Assembly: GCA_964544545.1 (NCBI GenBank)
Contig: CAZJCG010000003.1
Location: forward strand, 54,747 to 118,746
Length of the DNA: 64,000 nucleotides
Direction of reading: 5' to 3'
DNA from: an uncultured Lentimicrobiaceae bacterium
GTDB lineage: Bacteria; Bacteroidota; Bacteroidia; Bacteroidales; UBA4417
Under the pieces are notes generated by a model, which had not been told where the DNA came from, did no database searches, and saw only the letters and a list, made by a program, of their open reading frames with translations. The position numbers and the translations under genes are program-made. Below, in pieces: positions 58,686-64,000 of the stretch. Each line of letters starts with the position of its first letter. Position 1 is the first letter of the stretch.

Positions 58686-59453
58686 TCAAACAGTATAGGC
58701 TTTTATTTGATCGATGGTCAGTACGCTGCCCTGCGGAATATCCGGATTGAACAGGGAGGCGGTGATGATACCTGCCACAGTATCAGGATTGCTGAGGCGG
58801 CCTTCTTCATGCAGCCGGATAAAGGACTGTCTGTCGCCGAAAAGAGTGCTGTCGGTGTGGCGAATTTGCGTCTGCATGGCAGTATCAACGATACCGGGTG
58901 CAACGGCCATCATTTTTACAGGATGTTCCTTTTTTGACTGTTCAAGACCTACCGTGCGCGTAAGCATATCAAGTCCGGCTTTGGAGGTACAATACGCAGC
59001 CCATCCTGCATAAGGGAAAGTGGATGCGCCTGAAGAAATATTCAGCACTACTTTTGGAACCTGCCAGAAGGCTGTCCGGTGTATAAATCCGGAAATGAGG
59101 ATCATAGGAGCCAACAGATTAAGTTGCAGATGCTTCTCTATCTGTTCCGGTTTTACGAGTTCAATGGGGGCAACGGGATCAAGCATGCCTGCATTGTTGA
59201 TCAGGGCAATCCTTCCGGCACGTTCAGGATCGATGCGGGAGAATACTTCATGCAGGAATTCATCGGCGCTGGCCGGCAACGAGAGGTCAGCCTCATGGTA
59301 ATAGAGCGGTATGTGCAATGCCGACGCCGTATCCACCAGGTCTTCATTGATGGTGCGGGATACGCAGAAGATCGTATTGCCGTGCCTTATCAGTCTCTTT
59401 ACGATGGCTTCGCCGATTCCTCTTGAAGTACCGGTTACAATATAGAAGTCCAT
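58686..59453 (-). CDS. Short-chain dehydrogenase/reductase
   Basis: 255 aa. VTGTSRGIGEAI and YCTSK (YxxxK). Confidence 0.85.
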   Translation of the reverse strand: MDFYIVTGTSRGIGEAIVKRLIRHGNTIFCVSRTINEDLVDTASALHIPLYYHEADLSLPASADEFLHEVFSRIDPERAGRIALINNAGMLDPVAPIELVKPEQIEKHLQLNLLAPMILISGFIHRTAFWQVPKVVLNISSGASTFPYAGWAAYCTSKAGLDMLTRTVGLEQSKKEHPVKMMAVAPGIVDTAMQTQIRHTDSTLFGDRQSFIRLHEEGRLSNPDTVAGIITASLFNPDIPQGSVLTIDQIKAYTV

Positions 59454-59694
59454 ATTCTTCCGTTTCTGTAAAATTACAACATTTATTGGTTATGCACCGG
59501 GCTATGCGCCTGGATACCGTCCGCTGCACCCTCGATATCCCGGACGGCAGGCAAAACAGGCGGGGGATTTATTCAGCTTTCTGATAAAACATTGAACAAA
59601 GCAGCATCCGTAATGTTTTAGCCGGTGTTATCAGGTGAACCTTATAATCGGGGACAACATTTCTCCGCTGACCTAAAGATGAAACAATTCCTTT

Positions 59695-61077
59695 ATGAGT
59701 GAGAATCACAGAAACGGAAAGATACTGGCGCTCCTTTTCACAGGCGTTCTGATGGGAGCTCTTGATATTTCCATAGTCGGACCGGCATTGCCATCCATTG
59801 ACCAGGCGATGCATGTCAGCCACCGGTCGCTGGCATGGATATTCAGTATCTATGTGCTATTTAACCTGATCGGTGTATCGTTTTTAGCCAGCCTATCCGA
59901 CCATTATGGCCGGCGTCCGATTTATATGCTTTCAGTAGCGTTGTTCGGAGTCGGATCACTGGTAGTATCTTTTGCTCCGGATATGGCTGTGCTGCTTACC
60001 GGGAGGGCTATTCAGGGTTTTGGTGCCAGCGGTATATTCCCTGTTGCTTCCGCAGTGATCGGGGATATCTTTCCTCCGGAGAAGAGAGGCAAAGCGCTGG
60101 GAATGATCGGAGCTGTATTTGGCATGGCCTTTATCGTCGGCCCTATTATTGCCGGGCTGATGCTTCGCTATTTCACCTGGAACTCCCTGTTCCTGATCAA
60201 TATTCCGATTGCCATAGGGATTATCTACTTCAGCCGGAAGTACCTGCCCGCGCATAAGCCAGGGCAAAGCGGGCATTTCGACTGGCCGGGCATGCTGCTC
60301 ATCGCCCTGTTGCTGGCTTCCTACGTATATGGCATCAATGCAATCGACAGCAAGGACGGTTTAACAGGAGTGCTATCCTGGCATGTGCTGCCATTTTTCC
60401 TGCTGGCTATCATGTCGCTGGTAGTATTCATTTTTATAGAGTCCCGGTCACCGGCTCCCGTGGTGAAACTGAAGTTGTTTGATGTCCGGCAGATCCGGAT
60501 CGTCGGGATTGTTGCCATGGGTGCAGGAATACTGCAGTCGGTAACGGTGTTTGTTCCGGAGATGGCTGTACATATTTTCAACGTCTCATCTTCGGATGCA
60601 GCTTTTATGCTGATCCCGTTCGTTGTGGCAATCATAGCCGGCGCTCCCTTATCCGGCAGGATGATCGATAAAGTGGGATCCCGCTGGATTGTTATGACAG
60701 GCCTTTTTACATCTTCCACCGGGCTGCTCATTCTGATCCTGTCGAATGGGTCGTACGCAGGTTTTTACATGGGCGGTGTCTTAATGGGTCTGGGCTCATC
60801 CATGTTGCAAGGTTCATCGCTGAGATACATCATGCTGAATGAAGTCAGGCCTTCTGATCGTGCCATGGGACAAGGACTGATAACCCTGTTTATCTCGGTC
60901 GGACAAATGACCGGCGCATCGCTGATAGGAGTGATTGTCGCCTCCGGACAGGTCCGGCTGGCCGGTTATATGACATCGTTCACCATGATAGTTGCCATAG
61001 CACTGGCTATCCTCCTGCTCAGCATCAGGCTGAAAAGCCGCCGCGAGGAAATATTGAGCGCTTCACCTGCCGAATGA
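59695..61077 (+). CDS. MFS transporter (DHA2/EmrB-like)
   Basis: 460 aa with about 14 hydrophobic segments. LSDHYGRRPIYM and GRAIQGFGASG motifs. Confidence 0.85.
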   Translation: MSENHRNGKILALLFTGVLMGALDISIVGPALPSIDQAMHVSHRSLAWIFSIYVLFNLIGVSFLASLSDHYGRRPIYMLSVALFGVGSLVVSFAPDMAVLLTGRAIQGFGASGIFPVASAVIGDIFPPEKRGKALGMIGAVFGMAFIVGPIIAGLMLRYFTWNSLFLINIPIAIGIIYFSRKYLPAHKPGQSGHFDWPGMLLIALLLASYVYGINAIDSKDGLTGVLSWHVLPFFLLAIMSLVVFIFIESRSPAPVVKLKLFDVRQIRIVGIVAMGAGILQSVTVFVPEMAVHIFNVSSSDAAFMLIPFVVAIIAGAPLSGRMIDKVGSRWIVMTGLFTSSTGLLILILSNGSYAGFYMGGVLMGLGSSMLQGSSLRYIMLNEVRPSDRAMGQGLITLFISVGQMTGASLIGVIVASGQVRLAGYMTSFTMIVAIALAILLLSIRLKSRREEILSASPAE

Positions 61078-61103
61078 ACCGGATACAATTCCTGAAAAAA
61101 CAA

Positions 61104-61130
61104 AAGGCTGTCCGTTGATTGGACAGCCTT
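61104..61130. terminator. Hairpin between convergent genes, possibly a bidirectional terminator
   Basis: aaggctgtcc (61104..61113), loop gttgatt, ggacagcctt (61121..61130). An A-run lies upstream and tt downstream. Confidence 0.65.
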
Positions 61131-61152
61131 TCGCGCATGTAAATGAACCTCT

Positions 61153-64000
61153 TTAGAAGGTATAACGGATACCGATCTGTGCTCCCCAGGTGCTGGAGGT
61201 TGAAAGCACCGGTACGTAAGTGGAGGTCGGTAAAGAAGTTCCGGAGTAGTTCATCTGGAACAAAGGAACGCCGTCGTTTCCTGTCTTGGCATACTTCAAC
61301 AGAGCGATGTCATATGAACCAAGGACCTGTTTTTTGTAAACGCCCCAATCGGAGTTGATCAGGTTGCCAATGTTGAGGAGGTCGAGGCTGATCTGAAGCG
61401 TATGCTTGGTTGCCCCGAATTTGGTGAAGATGTCCTGCAGGATTTTCACATCCCAGCGGTTGAGCCAGGGCATTACCACGCCATAACGTTCGGCATACTC
61501 ACCCTTATGTTCGCTGAGGTAATCATCCTGGTCAACGAATTTCCAGAAGGCAGCTTCCTGTTCTTCGGCTGAGAAGACGACAACAGTCTGGCCATCGACC
61601 TTTTTGGTAATATCCGTGAAGGCGATTTCCGATTCATCTTTGGGAATGTACATGAGGTCAGCAGCGTTGCCGTCGCCGTTCATATCGTTCGAATAGATGT
61701 AGTCGAGGCGGCCCATACTGCTTCCGGCAAAATATACAGATACAGTCGTACCAAGGTGATTCAGATATTCCTTATGATACGTGAGTGATCCGACAACCCT
61801 GCTGGGAACGGCAAACTGCGAATACGACAGGCCCGGATCGTTCTGGTTGTTAACTGCCGGGTTGCTTGACCAGGCAGAAGCAGCAGCTGAACCGGGGTTG
61901 GAAGTAAGGTCTTTTGCACCAGTGTAAGTGTAAGCTATGTAACCTGAAAGCCCTTTGGAGAAAGGTTTAGTCAGCTGGGCAGTAAGAGAGTAAGCATATC
62001 CGTTATCCTTGGTATTGGTGAGAACCATAGCTGTAGTTATGGAGGAGTTTAGCCTATTATCATACGTTTTTCCATCGGAAAGAAGAAGGTACCTGGGACG
62101 TGTATCCGCTCCGCTGAAGGTGGTATCGGTGTCTTTCAGGTTAGCATTGTATTGGATTACACCGTTGATGTCTTTGGAGTAGATACCTTCGAGTGTCAGG
62201 ACCATATCGTACCAGGGCAGTTGGATGTCAACAGCCAGGTTGCTTCTCCATACCTGGGGCATCTTGAATTTTTTATCAACCACGGCGATGGAACCCGGAG
62301 CCTTGCTGCTCGGTGTTGCCGAGAAGAGGGAGTCGATCGACAGGTGATAGAAAGGATCAGGATTGAAGGTAAGGGCGCTGAGCTGGTATGCTTTTATGAT
62401 TTCTACGGTATTCTGGAGCACACCGCTGTTGGTCGGCTGGTTGGTGAACCATACGAAGGGGAGACGACCGGTGAAAATGCCGGTTCCGCCGCGTACCTGG
62501 AGTGATTTATCACCCTTCACATCATAGTTGAAACCCAGGCGGGGCGAAACAGTCACTTTAGCATCCGGCCAGCTTCCTACATCGATCGTAAGTGGGTTCC
62601 CGTCGAGATCCTGGAATTCGAGCGCCGAGATGGCCGGGTTGTTTGTCATATCGTCGAGATACATCGGGAGTTCGAAACGCAGACCGCCGGTAACTTTCAG
62701 CTGATCAGTAAACTTGTATTCATCCTGCAGGTAAAAGGCTCCGTAGCCGAAGTGCAGTTTGGCATAGCCGTCGCCGCCGCCATACGGATAGGTAAGGCCG
62801 AAGGTTGTAGGAGCTCCACCGGTCATGAAATCTTCCATGGAAGCATAGCGGTAGTAGCTGGTGCCATAACGCTTGTAGCTGTTGCCAAAATACAGATGAT
62901 CGTAAGATACACCAACCGTCAGGGTGTGCCTGCCAAGATAATAGTTGAAGTTATCGGTGAAGGTCAGTACGTTGTTGATCACGTCGTTATCCTTGGTGAA
63001 CAGCTCATAACCAAAGCTCATGTAAGGATCACCATCCTTGTAGATATCAACGAACGGGAAGTCGGCGCTGTTGCTGTTACGCGTATCCCTGATCTTGGTG
63101 TATGTGAACAGGAACTTGTTGGATGACTTGCTCCAGAGGCTGTTCAACTCAGCGGTAATGGATCCGACCGTGTTGAGGAAGCCGTAATTACCGTTGGTAA
63201 AAGTCATTGACTTTTCACCGATACGGCCAAAGGTCGAGCGGGTACCGGGAGCGCTGGTTGCGTTCACCTGCTGGTCGTTGGTCGACTTCACATAGTTGTA
63301 ACGGGTGGTGAAACGGTGGTGTTTGTTGATGTTCCAGTCGATCTTGGCCAGAATCTTATAGTTTTCGCTGTTAAAGTTGCCGAAATCCTTGTAAGAACCC
63401 GGATCATAGTTGTAGGTTTCCATCAGGTACTGGCGCATCGTTTCCAGGTCGGATTCGGACGTGCGTGAAATGAACTGTTCAGGGTCGCCTACGCCATCAG
63501 TACTGGGTTTCCAGGGGATGCCGGGGAAGGAGGATTTTTCCTTTTCTGCATTGGCAAAGATGAACAGTTTATTCTTGATGATGGGGCCACCAAAACGGAT
63601 ACCATAATTCGATGTTGTCTGGTCGGTGAGATCAAGATCCTGGTCTTCCACATGCTTTCCGTTGAAGGATTTGTCGCGGTAGTAGCCGTACACAGATCCT
63701 TTCCAGGTATTGTCACCGCTGCGGGTTACGGCATTCACATTGGCGCCGGTGAAGTTGGATTGCCTGATGTCGTAAGGTGCAACATTAACGCTGATTTCTT
63801 CGATAGCGTCGAGGGAAATGGGTTGTGCATCGCCGCCAGGCAGCGCTTTGGTGCTGAGGCCGAAGTTATTGTTGAAGTTGGCACCGTCGACAGTGATGTT
63901 GTTGTACCTGCCGTCACGACCGGCAAAACTGTTGCCGTTCGATTGGGGGCTCATACGGGTAAAGTCAGTGATACTCCTGTTGATGGAAGGCATCGACTGG
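61153..64000 (-). CDS. TonB-dependent receptor (N-terminus beyond the right window edge)
   Basis: The ORF stays open through 64000 (codons ..QS precede the Met at 63993). NNITVDGANFNNNFGLS lies in the plug region. Beta-barrel repeats follow, with a C-terminal IGIRYTF. Confidence 0.9.
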   Translation of the reverse strand, partial: QSMPSINRSITDFTRMSPQSNGNSFAGRDGRYNNITVDGANFNNNFGLSTKALPGGDAQPISLDAIEEISVNVAPYDIRQSNFTGANVNAVTRSGDNTWKGSVYGYYRDKSFNGKHVEDQDLDLTDQTTSNYGIRFGGPIIKNKLFIFANAEKEKSSFPGIPWKPSTDGVGDPEQFISRTSESDLETMRQYLMETYNYDPGSYKDFGNFNSENYKILAKIDWNINKHHRFTTRYNYVKSTNDQQVNATSAPGTRSTFGRIGEKSMTFTNGNYGFLNTVGSITAELNSLWSKSSNKFLFTYTKIRDTRNSNSADFPFVDIYKDGDPYMSFGYELFTKDNDVINNVLTFTDNFNYYLGRHTLTVGVSYDHLYFGNSYKRYGTSYYRYASMEDFMTGGAPTTFGLTYPYGGGDGYAKLHFGYGAFYLQDEYKFTDQLKVTGGLRFELPMYLDDMTNNPAISALEFQDLDGNPLTIDVGSWPDAKVTVSPRLGFNYDVKGDKSLQVRGGTGIFTGRLPFVWFTNQPTNSGVLQNTVEIIKAYQLSALTFNPDPFYHLSIDSLFSATPSSKAPGSIAVVDKKFKMPQVWRSNLAVDIQLPWYDMVLTLEGIYSKDINGVIQYNANLKDTDTTFSGADTRPRYLLLSDGKTYDNRLNSSITTAMVLTNTKDNGYAYSLTAQLTKPFSKGLSGYIAYTYTGAKDLTSNPGSAAASAWSSNPAVNNQNDPGLSYSQFAVPSRVVGSLTYHKEYLNHLGTTVSVYFAGSSMGRLDYIYSNDMNGDGNAADLMYIPKDESEIAFTDITKKVDGQTVVVFSAEEQEAAFWKFVDQDDYLSEHKGEYAERYGVVMPWLNRWDVKILQDIFTKFGATKHTLQISLDLLNIGNLINSDWGVYKKQVLGSYDIALLKYAKTGNDGVPLFQMNYSGTSLPTSTYVPVLSTSSTWGAQIGIRYTF

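Overview
This looks like a Bacteroidota chromosome segment: it has an ECF-sigma/FecR/STN-SusC module, T9SS-tailed secreted proteins and TAnnTTTG-like promoter boxes. Core genes are mutS, dnaK, panB, an rluA-like and a trmH-like gene, an OmpA/TSP3 protein, an MFS transporter and TonB-dependent receptors. Both window edges cut TonB-dependent receptor genes; the left one (1..1854) is absent from the ORF track and the right one is listed only from an internal Met (61153..63993). The core genes flank a ~27.1-kb integrative island (7478..34548) inserted in the 3' end of tRNA-Leu(UAA) and bounded by a perfect 31-bp direct repeat. The island carries a tyrosine integrase and a translationally coupled five-gene type I R-M operon (hsdM, hsdS, a DUF4062/HATPase_c_4-like protein, hsdR, an M48/DUF45 peptidase). 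It also carries two gene clusters I cannot assign to any described system. The first has four genes: an ABC-type ATPase, an HKD-like partner, a family-6 UDG-like glycosylase and an HNH protein (19282..23665). The second has two genes: a beta-CASP MBL nuclease and a PD-(D/E)xK nuclease (23925..26023). The rest of the island holds a frameshifted Toprim primase-like gene, an xis-like HTH, an Lrp regulator, repeat-rich non-coding stretches and a module of small unknown genes. A second small accessory islet (about 54.95..56.96 kb) holds HigBA-like and MazEF modules separated by GC-rich imperfect palindromes. I saw no CRISPR array and no rRNA. All family assignments come from motif reading by eye; no searches were run.
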